From IMG/VR virus record IMGVR_UViG_3300012878_000055, positions 1 to 24,529 of that record: DNA of 24,529 nt; one strand, 5' to 3'. Every line of letters starts with the position of its first letter. The stretch's first letter is position 1. Below are positions 16,401 through 24,026 of this stretch, piece by piece. Source of the stretch: a virus. Its lineage: Duplodnaviria; Caudoviricetes. The notes beneath the pieces were generated by a model. It ran no database searches. It had not been told where the DNA came from and worked only from the letters and a program-made list of their open reading frames with translations. The position numbers were made by a program, and so were the translations under genes.

Positions 16401-18025
16401 TCCGTCAGGCTCTTCGCGACGGCGGCAGCGGCCGGGGAGCCTTCAATCATGGCCCGCCAGGCAGCCTCAAGGCCGGTGGCGAATTCGTCCGCCGTGACTT
16501 TCCCTGCCTTGAATGCGGCATCGAGTCGTTCAGTTTCCTTGATGAAGGCCGACGCTTGGCTGACGTTGGAAAAGCTGGCAGCAGCTGCTGCCATTTGCCC
16601 GATCGAGCCGGTGATCGTCTTGTAGTTGGCGTCGATTTCCTTCTGCAGGCGCAGGATCTCGCCGGACTGCTGCTGACGGTTCAGCTCGCGGAACTTCGAG
16701 ATGGCTGCGTCCGCTGCGCCACCGAAGTCGATCAGCGCGCTTGCGGCTGTATTGGTGTTGTCGCGGAACAGCAGCCAACCGGCCGCCGCGGTGGCCAACA
16801 TGGTGATGATGCCGGCCGGGCCGCCCAGCATCGCCAGGGTTGATGCACCTGCTCGGGCCATCCAGCTCGCGTTCGCCGCTGTTGCCTGGGCCTGCGCCTG
16901 GGCGAGGAGCAACGTTGCTTGGCGATGTTCCAACGTGGCAGCCGCTGCTTTCGCGCTGACCGAGACACTGCCGCCGATGGTCGCGGATCGACGCACCTCG
17001 GCCTGCGTATCGAGCACCGCTGCGCGGGTGCGCAGCTCCAACTGCTGCGCGGCCGCGAGGTTCTGCGCAGCGGCAGCCTTATCTGCGGTGATTCCGGCAT
17101 TGGCTGCGGCGACCCTCGCAAGCAGTGCCTTGGTCAACGGCCCCGCGGCGACGGCGGCGCCGGCGACGGCAACCATCTGCAAGTTGCTTCCGAGCACCGC
17201 GATACCCGCTGCGAGCGCCTGCGATGCACCGGTGGCCTCATCAGCGCGGCCAATCATGACTTGCAGGTTGTTGTTGAACAGGGTCGTGGCCTGGCCGACC
17301 GTTGCGCTCATCTTCCCGAAGGAATCGTCGACGGCGGCGGCCTGGCTTTGCAGCGCACCGATGACGTCCTTGGCAGTCAGCTTCCCTGCAGCCCCCAGTT
17401 CCCTGAGCTTGCCAATCGGTACGTTCAGGCCCTTCGCGATGGCCTGTGCAAGCGCCGGAGCCTGCTCCATCACGGAGTTCAGCTCTTCGCCTCGGAGGGT
17501 GCCAGAGGCAAAGGCTTGGCCGAGCTGCACCAAAGCAGCGTCGGCACCTGCCGCCGTGGTGCCGCTGATCACCATCGTTTTGCTGATGGTCTCGACGACT
17601 CGGGCGAGATCAGCGCCGGACAGCTTCAGCACCTCCTGGTTCATCGCGATTCGCTGGTAAAGTTCGGCCGTCGCTCCGAGCGGCTGCCGGGCCGCAGCGG
17701 CGATCCGGACAACCTCTGCCTGTGCGGCCGTGAACTCCGCTTGCCCCGCAGTCACGAGCCGAAGGCGGTTGTTCAGATTCGTCCACTCATCAGCCTTTCC
17801 GATTACAGCTTTTGCAGCCGTCAGCGCGGACGTGAGCCCGATAGCTTCGACAGCTACTCGGCGGAAGCCCTGAGCCACTTCATCAGCGCCGCGCCGCGCT
17901 GCATCCGACATAGACGCCTGGATGCTGGCCATATCACGTTGGACGACGCGCGCAGCCTTGCCGGAATCTCGCTCGAAGGCGCCCGTTTTCATCAGAAGAT
18001 CGACGGTCAGGGTGTAAAGGCTCAT
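13436..18025 (-). CDS. Tail tape measure protein (about 1529 aa)
   Basis: Start MSLYTLTVDLLM; tape-measure N-terminal domain (ADEWTNLNNRL...QLGQAFASGTLRGEELNSVMEQ); Ala-rich helical body; Gly-rich C-terminal segment. Confidence 0.95.
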   Translation of the reverse strand: MSLYTLTVDLLMKTGAFERDSGKAARVVQRDMASIQASMSDAARRGADEVAQGFRRVAVEAIGLTSALTAAKAVIGKADEWTNLNNRLRLVTAGQAEFTAAQAEVVRIAAAARQPLGATAELYQRIAMNQEVLKLSGADLARVVETISKTMVISGTTAAGADAALVQLGQAFASGTLRGEELNSVMEQAPALAQAIAKGLNVPIGKLRELGAAGKLTAKDVIGALQSQAAAVDDSFGKMSATVGQATTLFNNNLQVMIGRADEATGASQALAAGIAVLGSNLQMVAVAGAAVAAGPLTKALLARVAAANAGITADKAAAAQNLAAAQQLELRTRAAVLDTQAEVRRSATIGGSVSVSAKAAAATLEHRQATLLLAQAQAQATAANASWMARAGASTLAMLGGPAGIITMLATAAAGWLLFRDNTNTAASALIDFGGAADAAISKFRELNRQQQSGEILRLQKEIDANYKTITGSIGQMAAAAASFSNVSQASAFIKETERLDAAFKAGKVTADEFATGLEAAWRAMIEGSPAAAAVAKSLTEETAAAATAGREVDRKRSILEAFTGSSTQAKSATDALSGSFNALGDSAGAAGKRIASAMQSLPGQLARVGKGAADVAKLDVADWFKEAQAGGLDFSKRDDPKVKQYIEQGAQYIRLQTELAAAQKNFTESRKAASAAERAGAKDRKADAESIKRYQQQAEEAAGAMNGPLAEAMAKHLNNMAQYNELLEKGAVAQADANVLMAQGAMEYAKLATQVEKAMGAPEALIAAMDGELVMLGKVGRARELYRRQLMNERDMREELQKAVEAAGSKEALALAKGAGSYEQYERSMLDAADAAAALSLQVEEAAANVEAWANVVLHGVDDAADAMSDFVASGLRDFNGLWDDLKDTAKQGLRDLARELLQQKLVIPIQTRIMDGISNWGSQGGGFSMDSLMGLFGGNGSAGGGQNVGNLAGILSKGQGLFSGGAGAAGATNAYFGIGSSAGSMAGFGSNVAGFAGGGASAGAGAGAAGSTAAAAVPIIGWIVAGMMKNAELFDQGWDIANGESWAGKIATGGAVGLADKGFRGLGFNDKTASILSGSSIHAKLFGRSAPKVTGQGLTGSYGFGGFDGQSYADIKAKGGMFRSDKKWTQYGSLDPGIDRTFDMAARQVRGATTDLAKQLGVDLSRQLAGVKVSLGKLQLSADSAEAKSQLEAYLGDMTDRLFTEAVKAAGFGGQLDGYFEASDVFSALSASIALAVGNADQLGRALNSMEIEKVNKAVDYFQDLASVAGTDLATQIEKVSGLLGNYASLMADVSTELLTGDLTQYQSQALTIERTYRQQVKAANDYAKALGLSGARAEDLAKIEALRATNMGKLQAQIDADKKAMRYGLDTSDLSPLTDQEKLQKTMQELERAVAGGDTSAAQAAAQAALGFGRNLYASGQDYNGLYGQVTGLIDSMKVGNLDTEDGTSMGQLADAIEALPDNFSRAVFDLVVEGKGQAETNAALQQSNALLAEQNELIRDLLSVTTTGVRTSSSSAMRTALNAR

Positions 18026-18038
18026 GGCTTCTTCCAAT

Positions 18039-18065
18039 AAAAAAGCCCGCACAGGGCGGGCTTTT
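18039..18065 (-). terminator. Rho-independent (potentially bidirectional) terminator after the lipoprotein gene
   Basis: aaaagcccgc-acagg-gcgggctttt with a T6 tract on the minus strand. Confidence 0.85.
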
Positions 18066-18084
18066 GGGGCGTCTAAGAGTGGTG

Positions 18085-18411
18085 CTATTGGATTGGGACG
18101 TCCGCTCCGTTGATGGAAACGGACGTGACGATTCCCGCTGCATCGGTGACGCAAGACGCGGAGTCAGCCTCGCGGGGACGCTTGCTTCCGGCCACCACGA
18201 GACCCGAGCCTGCTGGCCACGAGAAATAGTGCTCGCCTGCCGTTCCCCAGTCCTTCGCATAAGGAACTTTGGTAGCAACAGGATCGCCCGACCCGGTCTG
18301 AATAGCTGACATGCAGTTCAGGAGTGCTTTCTCCGAACCGTCTTCTTTCGGCGCCGAGCAACCTGCCGCCACCAGCACTAGCGTTGATAGGATCAACTTT
18401 CCGTACGTCAT
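18085..18411 (-). CDS. Lipoprotein moron (108 aa)
   Basis: Lipobox LVLVAAG|C; GGAG RBS at 18417-18420; own terminator; lower GC than flanks. Confidence 0.85.
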   Translation of the reverse strand: MTYGKLILSTLVLVAAGCSAPKEDGSEKALLNCMSAIQTGSGDPVATKVPYAKDWGTAGEHYFSWPAGSGLVVAGSKRPREADSASCVTDAAGIVTSVSINGADVPIQ

Positions 18412-18444
18412 AGAGACTCCCGAGATTTTCGGGGATCATGCCAG

Positions 18445-19203
18445 TTATGCCGGGATCTCCTCAAACTCCAAGGTGCTTCGGAAATACTGCCTGCTGATGT
18501 TCTCCACCGTAGGCAACTGGGTGGCATAGCCATACAGCGCAGTGCGCGCAGCCAGCACTGGGTCAAACGCCTTGGTCAGCATGTCCCGATACTGCGGCAC
18601 CACACACCCGCGCCGGCGGCCCGCCAGCGCCGCGCCCAGCGTCTCCCAATCGGTCCCGGCCAAACCACCTTTCCGAGCCACCTCCGTGGGGCGTCCACTC
18701 AGCGTTGCGGTCAGCATTCTGTAGCTTGGGCCCGGCACCGTGTTGACCTGGCCACCCTTTGTTCGGTTGTGCAGGCTGCTGTCGATGCGTGCCACCGCCC
18801 AGCCGTCGGTGATTCCTACGTCCACCGCGCTGAAGACTGCTATCTCACCCACCTCCACGTTGGTCACGACGGTGGCGATGGTGACGGCCACGGCGCTGAC
18901 CAGCGCATTGCCCGTGGGGAACAGCCAGGCGCACACGCTGCCGTCGGGTAGCCGAATGGTCGTCGCGCTGGCGCCGGCGGCCGTCACCAGTACTCCCGGC
19001 GGCACGTTCAGCCCCAGGACCGCGATGATGCCCGGCACAATGGCCTCGGCCAGGGTGATGTTGATGGCCAGCGCTCCGGTACGCGCGATGCGTGCCCGAC
19101 GCGCCGGCCGGCCATCGAACAGCGCGGCGCCCCCATCATCGGTGAGCCAGGTGCCGCCGATCAGGGCGACCGACGCCGGTGGAATTCCATAACCAATCAG
19201 CAC
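18445..19203 (-). CDS. Putative distal tail (Dit-like) protein with N-terminal jelly-roll-like domain
   Basis: 252 aa, tightly coupled to the upstream gene; DSS...RTKGGQV...YRMLTATLS and C-terminal LEFEE resemble Dit-type proteins. Confidence 0.6.
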   Translation of the reverse strand: MLIGYGIPPASVALIGGTWLTDDGGAALFDGRPARRARIARTGALAINITLAEAIVPGIIAVLGLNVPPGVLVTAAGASATTIRLPDGSVCAWLFPTGNALVSAVAVTIATVVTNVEVGEIAVFSAVDVGITDGWAVARIDSSLHNRTKGGQVNTVPGPSYRMLTATLSGRPTEVARKGGLAGTDWETLGAALAGRRRGCVVPQYRDMLTKAFDPVLAARTALYGYATQLPTVENISRQYFRSTLEFEEIPA

Positions 19204-19207
19204 CGCA

Positions 19208-21175
19208 TCACCCCCACACCGTCAGCACCACGTCCCCCGTGGCAGGGTTGCGCTCTACGCGCCGGACCAGCACCGGCTTGCCGTCGTGCAGGTCATATCG
19301 GTTGTAGGTCAGCCGGCCCACCTGCCCCGGCTGCGGCGCCAGGTCTTGGTCGCCGCGAACGCTGACGCGGTAGAAGAACCGCTGCGTGCGGTAGATCGAC
19401 ACGACGCGCTCTATTTCCGCCTGGGCATCCCCCGCATCCCAGAACAGGGAGATCACCGGGTCGGCCGAATCGGCCCTCCGGTAGTGCGGGTGCAGCGGCG
19501 CACCGCCGTACACCTGAGCACGGAACAGCCCGGACAGCTCGTCGCGGCGCGCCTGCGGCACGTCCACCACGTCGGTGACCATATCCGATGCGGCCAGCGC
19601 CTGCGCGTTGGGCCGGTAGGCCATGCGGCGCGTCAGGTTCGGGGCATCGTCGGGGACAGCCAGAAGATCCTCAGCCAGGTCGTCCCCGCTCAGGTTGAAC
19701 GCGGGCGGGCCGTCGAACGTCTCAGGCGCGACGACGCGGGCGAACCGCAGGACCCCGTTCGGGTCCTGGTAGCACCCCACGCCATAGCTGGGCAGCATGG
19801 CGTTCATGGCGTCGCGCCCGGTCACCGCGTTACCGGCGTAGTAGCCGATGCCGGCATAGCCTGTGGCCGCGTCAATGGCCGAGCAATCGGCCGCCGACCA
19901 TGCGGCCTTGCCCAGGCGCCCCATCAGGTCCGCCATCGCCTGCCGCAGCTTGGCGGGCTGCTGGCCGGGCCCGACGCTCGACACATCGGCCACCACCGGA
20001 GTGACCGGCGGCGACTTCATCAGCAACTGCTGGCCGTCGGGCGACACCGTGAACGTGCCGGGCTCCATCAGGTCGGCACGGTCCATGACGGCATCTGCGT
20101 AGATAGGGCCGTCGGCTACGAACATGGCCGTCGCATCCGAATTGGCGCCCATGGCCGGCACACTCGCCACTGCGCCGATCACCGCCGGCTGCGGCTTCCA
20201 CGCCAGCGCGGGGATGTTGGGAAGGAACACGCCGCGGTTGATGGTCGCATCCAGGTCGTCGTGGGCGTCCCGGAAATGGAAGGTCTTGCTGCCGTCGTCG
20301 TTGATCTCGATCCGGTCCACCGTGAACCGGAACACGTCGGCAGCATCGGCCAGCATCCCGCCCAGCGCGCCGGCGCGGATCTGCACCGGCAGCCCGGCGC
20401 CGCCGCTGAGCGCCAGGTCGTCCAGCAACCCATCGGCATCCAGCACGACGCATTCGGCCGCGCTGGTTTGGCTCACAGGGTCACCGCCCCAGGGCCAGAA
20501 GTTGATCTCGCTGATAAGGCTCAAGCCATCGGCGAGCAACCCCTCGTAGCGGGCGTTCGCCGGGCTGTCACCGGGCGCGGTGAGCCAGTCCATATCAGCC
20601 AAGCGAGTGATGCCCGACGCGGCGCCAGGAAGCCGCCAGCACGCTTCTGCGGCGGCGCTGCGCGCTGCCCACTGGCCGGCGTTCACCGCCATGCACAGCC
20701 CACCTGCCTTGGTGGCGGAGAGCGTCCCGGCGAAGTGCAGTGGACCACCCAGGTTGATCTCGCGCTGGTGCACCTGCGTGCCGTTGAGGTACAGCTGCAG
20801 CACGGTGGGGCTGCCAAAGGTCAGGCGCAGTCCCACCATGTCACCGTGCTTCGCCGAGGGCAGCCCGCTGGCGACCGCGCCGTTGCCCTGCAGCACCCGC
20901 CCGGTGGCCAGCTCCCAGCCGATGCCCGCAGCGCTGGCCCCGGGGTGTGCCTCCAGCGGCGCGGCCGGCGAGACCACGCCGACCATAGCAGCCATTACGT
21001 CGTCACCCCAGACAGCGAATTCAACGCCGGCGGTGCCAGTGCTTAGCGCGAAGTCCGAGCGTGCCATGCGGCTCAGGTCGGCAGCCGCGGTGGTGGCCAG
21101 CGTCAGCCCGCCATCGCGCGCAGCCAGTAACGGGCCGATGGGTTGCGCCGCAAAGCGCCCGAAAGTGTCAGCCAT
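19208..21175 (-). CDS. Tail tip/hub-like protein with N-terminal SPRY (ConA-like) domain
   Basis: N-terminal VEF...MVGVV...IGW...GDMVGLRL...LQLYLNG is SPRY-like; C-terminal PGQVGRLTY.RYDL..GK.VLV..VE...VVLTVWG resembles hub-protein termini. Confidence 0.7.
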   Translation of the reverse strand: MADTFGRFAAQPIGPLLAARDGGLTLATTAAADLSRMARSDFALSTGTAGVEFAVWGDDVMAAMVGVVSPAAPLEAHPGASAAGIGWELATGRVLQGNGAVASGLPSAKHGDMVGLRLTFGSPTVLQLYLNGTQVHQREINLGGPLHFAGTLSATKAGGLCMAVNAGQWAARSAAAEACWRLPGAASGITRLADMDWLTAPGDSPANARYEGLLADGLSLISEINFWPWGGDPVSQTSAAECVVLDADGLLDDLALSGGAGLPVQIRAGALGGMLADAADVFRFTVDRIEINDDGSKTFHFRDAHDDLDATINRGVFLPNIPALAWKPQPAVIGAVASVPAMGANSDATAMFVADGPIYADAVMDRADLMEPGTFTVSPDGQQLLMKSPPVTPVVADVSSVGPGQQPAKLRQAMADLMGRLGKAAWSAADCSAIDAATGYAGIGYYAGNAVTGRDAMNAMLPSYGVGCYQDPNGVLRFARVVAPETFDGPPAFNLSGDDLAEDLLAVPDDAPNLTRRMAYRPNAQALAASDMVTDVVDVPQARRDELSGLFRAQVYGGAPLHPHYRRADSADPVISLFWDAGDAQAEIERVVSIYRTQRFFYRVSVRGDQDLAPQPGQVGRLTYNRYDLHDGKPVLVRRVERNPATGDVVLTVWG

Positions 21176-21178
21176 GGG

Positions 21179-21484
21179 TCATCCCAAATTGTCGAACCAG
21201 TCTTGGGCCTCGTCCTCATCCGACCGGGGCACCAACACATCCATGAATTGCTGCATGCCGCGCTTGGTGCCGGCTTGGCTGTGCGCGGCGGTGGTGAAGG
21301 CAACGAAGGCGGCCGGCTTGATGTGCAGACTTACCGGATCGATGGGGTTCCGTTTGTGGAACTCCCACCATTCCAGATACTCACGGCGCGACATGGTCGC
21401 CCGAAGCTCGGACACCGTGCGGTGCAGGTGACCGGCCAGGACGTGCCAGAACCAGACCTCGCCGCGCTGCCTTAGACGTTTCCC
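21179..21484 (-). CDS. Tail assembly chaperone GT, -1 frameshift extension
   Basis: The -1 frame is open from the slippery site: KRLRQRGEVWFWHVLAGHLHRTVSELRATMSRREYLEWWEF... Confidence 0.85.
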   Translation of the reverse strand, partial: GKRLRQRGEVWFWHVLAGHLHRTVSELRATMSRREYLEWWEFHKRNPIDPVSLHIKPAAFVAFTTAAHSQAGTKRGMQQFMDVLVPRSDEDEAQDWFDNLG

Positions 21485-21849
21485 GCCTCGGCCTGGGCTT
21501 CCTTGGCCTCGCCACCAAACCCGGAGTGCTTCAGCGCCACCTGCTGCAGTTCGGCCGCGAACAGCGGCTTGAGTTGGGCGGCCTGCGCTACGGTCAGCAC
21601 GGGCTTACCGTTTTCGTCGCAGATGGTGGCGGCGATCAGCCTCGCGCGGTCGTTCTCCTGGTACAGCTTGCGGAACTCCACATCGGGAAGTTCCCGCACG
21701 TGGAACTGCGCCTTGTCGCCATTCGGGAGGGTGACGGTATCAGCGTGCACGTCCTTGGACGCAAACATGCCCAGGCTGGTGAAAGCCTGCAGCACGGTCT
21801 GCGCGGGAGCGAGGGTTTCGAGCGGGAGGGTTTCGTTGGTCTTGCTCAT
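21472..21849 (-). CDS. Tail assembly chaperone G
   Basis: 125 aa after the major tail gene; RELP, LIAATICDENGKP motifs; ends just after the slippery heptamer. Confidence 0.9.
   Translation of the reverse strand: MSKTNETLPLETLAPAQTVLQAFTSLGMFASKDVHADTVTLPNGDKAQFHVRELPDVEFRKLYQENDRARLIAATICDENGKPVLTVAQAAQLKPLFAAELQQVALKHSGFGGEAKEAQAEAGNV
21478..21484 (-). promoter_or_regulatory. Programmed -1 frameshift slippery site G GGA AAC
   Basis: X XXY YYZ heptamer in the correct phase (GCG GGA AAC GTC TAA). Confidence 0.9.
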
Positions 21850-21973
21850 TGGCCGTTTCCTAAGATGGTGGCTGGGCGTGCGGGCCGCGCACGGCTAACA
21901 CGCGGGGATTCCCGCACGCCTGGCCGAAGGTAGACGGCCCGCCGAAGCGGGCCGAAAAGCGCCGTTGTGCCGA

Positions 21974-22447
21974 TCAGGGCGCCGGGCGGTGGGTCGTGAC
22001 AGCACCGGAGCCGCGGATGGTCATCGTTCCCTTCCAGACGTCGTTGTCGGCGACCTGGACCGCGAAGTTCTGCACGAACCCGTTGAACTGCTTGCACAGC
22101 ACGGTGGTGGGCGGGGTGATGACGCCATCAACGGCGATGGGCTTCGGCACGCCGGCCACTTCGGACAACGGTGCAGTCACCAGGAAGTTCACGACTTCGC
22201 CAGTTTCGTGCAGGCGCTCCAAGGCCTCGGAGTCGATCGAGTCGTAGATCACTTCGATGGTGGTGCTGCCGGTGGCCTTGCGGCCGGCCACGAACTGGTC
22301 CCAGTCGTCGTCGAAGTCGGAGATATCGATCTCCGAGGCCTGGCCATCCGGGAAGCCAACGGAGCGAACGCGGGTCACCTTGATGACTTCGGCGTCGCCG
22401 ATGGCGATGAAAAGTTGGGTGTGTTTGGACTTGAGCACCTGGCCCAT
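21974..22447 (-). CDS. Major tail (tube) protein (157 aa)
   Basis: Start MGQVLKSKHTQLF after GAGG; EIDISDFDD..DQFVAGRK..G, F.GFV..F, GTMTIRGSG are lambda-like tail tube motifs. Confidence 0.92.
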   Translation of the reverse strand: MGQVLKSKHTQLFIAIGDAEVIKVTRVRSVGFPDGQASEIDISDFDDDWDQFVAGRKATGSTTIEVIYDSIDSEALERLHETGEVVNFLVTAPLSEVAGVPKPIAVDGVITPPTTVLCKQFNGFVQNFAVQVADNDVWKGTMTIRGSGAVTTHRPAP

Positions 22448-22487
22448 TGCGCTGTACCTCTTGGAGTGAAGCCCGGTCGCCGGGCAC

Positions 22488-22509
22488 AAAAAAGCCGGCT
22501 GTTGCCGGC
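22488..22509 (-). terminator. Intrinsic terminator-like element upstream of the major tail gene
   Basis: Minus strand gccggc-aaca-gccggc-tttttt. Confidence 0.7.
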
Positions 22510-22533
22510 GGTTGGGGTTGCTGTGGTGGTCGG

Positions 22534-22896
22534 CTACCGGATCGCCAGCAGCCGCACGTCGAAGGAAATGCCGAAGGAGCCGGTATCGTCGTCATCCGGC
22601 GTTGGGTTGTAGGACTCGATGCTGCCCCTACGCTCAAGCTCGTCGCGGATTGCCACGGCGGCGGCATTGGCCTGGGAAGCCCCTTTGCCCCACACCGTTA
22701 TCCGGACCCGCCAGCCGTCTCCAGGCGGCGGCTCTGAAAGGAGCGCGACCGGGGAGCCCCCGACCACGGTCCACGTTGCGTACGGCAGGCCTGAGCCGGC
22801 CGGCGCCACGCTCGGCCACAGACGGATGGGATCACCAAGTTGCGCGCGCACCGCGGCGCTGCCCTGCAGGATCGACTGAACCAGTGGAACCATCAT
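22534..22896 (-). CDS. Tail terminator/completion protein (DUF3168-like)
   Basis: 120 aa; RLWP.VAP....PYATW and RVRITVW motifs; canonical position. Confidence 0.85.
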   Translation of the reverse strand: MMVPLVQSILQGSAAVRAQLGDPIRLWPSVAPAGSGLPYATWTVVGGSPVALLSEPPPGDGWRVRITVWGKGASQANAAAVAIRDELERRGSIESYNPTPDDDDTGSFGISFDVRLLAIR

Positions 22897-23396
22897 CTCC
22901 AGCCCCTTGCCTTCATCAATTTGTCGATCGCCGCCGTGGTTTCGTCGATGATGACTTGCGCGGCCTGGCCGCCCTTCGCTTCGCCTGCCGGCGTCAGGAA
23001 CGGCTTTGCCGCCATCTTCTTCGTGCCGAACTCAAGGAAGCGCCAGTAGTGGGCCCAGCCGCTTTGTTCGTAGGCTTTGCCAGCCCGCCCGGCCCGTCTG
23101 TTTCGCTTGGTGTTGGCATATTTCACCCGTTTGCCGGTGCGTACCCCCACGGTGAAATACTCGCCACCATGGCCGACGCCGGCTTTCCGGCGATCCTTGG
23201 CGCTGGCGCGTCGGACCACGATTTGCTTGGCCAGGAAGCCCGTATCTCTCGCGACCCGCGCGCGCGCGTCATCCCGGATGATGTTGCCGCCCTTCCGCAT
23301 GCCGGCTTGCACGGCCTTCCCTTGCATCTGCTTGGGTAGCTCCCGTAGCGAGGCGAGCAGCCCATCCAGGCCACGAATTTGCAGGGTCTCAGCCAT
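22893..23396 (-). CDS. HK97 gp10-like tail component
   Basis: IRGLDGL, DTG.L, YWRFLEFGT.KMAAKPFL.PA motifs. Confidence 0.92.
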   Translation of the reverse strand: MAETLQIRGLDGLLASLRELPKQMQGKAVQAGMRKGGNIIRDDARARVARDTGFLAKQIVVRRASAKDRRKAGVGHGGEYFTVGVRTGKRVKYANTKRNRRAGRAGKAYEQSGWAHYWRFLEFGTKKMAAKPFLTPAGEAKGGQAAQVIIDETTAAIDKLMKARGWR

Positions 23397-23724
23397 CGTT
23401 CAAACCCGATACGGCCAGGACGGCAGTTTCACCTCTATCATTGCTGGTGCCGGCGCTCTTGATGTCGTAGATGGTGCCACCTTCCACGATTCGCCAATTT
23501 GGATCCACCTTTCGCGCCAACAGGTCGAAGCGAACCTGCTCCCGATATCTGTCCGCGCCAGCAGCCACCGCTTCGGCCGTAGCGCTCAGCTGGTTGGTCT
23601 TCTTGGCCCACACCTCAACGACCAGTTCCCAACGGACAGCAGAATCGCCGCCGAGGGGATCCCGTTCGATCACCGGCCGCTCGAACCGGATTTTGTGGCG
23701 TCGCTCGCCTGCATGGGTGGCCAT
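23389..23724 (-). CDS. Head closure / head-tail adaptor (SPP1 gp16-like, 111 aa)
   Basis: MATHAGERRHKIRFERPV..RD..GG...W..V.EVWA; TGATG overlap with the upstream gene. Confidence 0.88.
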   Translation of the reverse strand: MATHAGERRHKIRFERPVIERDPLGGDSAVRWELVVEVWAKKTNQLSATAEAVAAGADRYREQVRFDLLARKVDPNWRIVEGGTIYDIKSAGTSNDRGETAVLAVSGLNDG

Positions 23725-24026
23725 CAGAATCTCTTCCTGTACCAGAGCAGCCGCGACACACCCAAGGCGATTTCGGTGCTCAGCTCGCCGGCGGCTCCGC
23801 GGTTCTCGGCCCAATGGCCAACCATTAAGAGGACCGCCTGGCGAACGTCGGCAGTGAAGGCCATCTGGTCGTCCGACGTGGGATCGCCCTCGACCAATGT
23901 GCGGTCGCAATGCATCTGCACGTGTATCACTGCCGCGTCGACATAGGACTGCAACAGAAGGTCGCTGACCTCATCGACGATGCGGCACTGCTCCCGCACC
24001 AGGGCAAGATCGAGGGCGACGTCCAT
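23724..24026 (-). CDS. Head-tail connector (HK97 gp6-like)
   Basis: L..VREQCRI...D.LLQSYVDAA...VRQAVLLMVGHWAENR motif. Confidence 0.92.
   Translation of the reverse strand: MDVALDLALVREQCRIVDEVSDLLLQSYVDAAVIHVQMHCDRTLVEGDPTSDDQMAFTADVRQAVLLMVGHWAENRGAAGELSTEIALGVSRLLWYRKRF

Noticed and set aside
18026-18154. N-terminal extension of the TMP in the ORF track
   Set aside because: It overlaps the lipoprotein gene and its terminator; ATG at 18025 gives a typical TMP N-terminus.
11541-21046. Long plus-strand ORFs (11541-13748, 13421-15844, 19286-21046 etc.)
   Set aside because: Antisense shadows of clearly recognisable tail genes.
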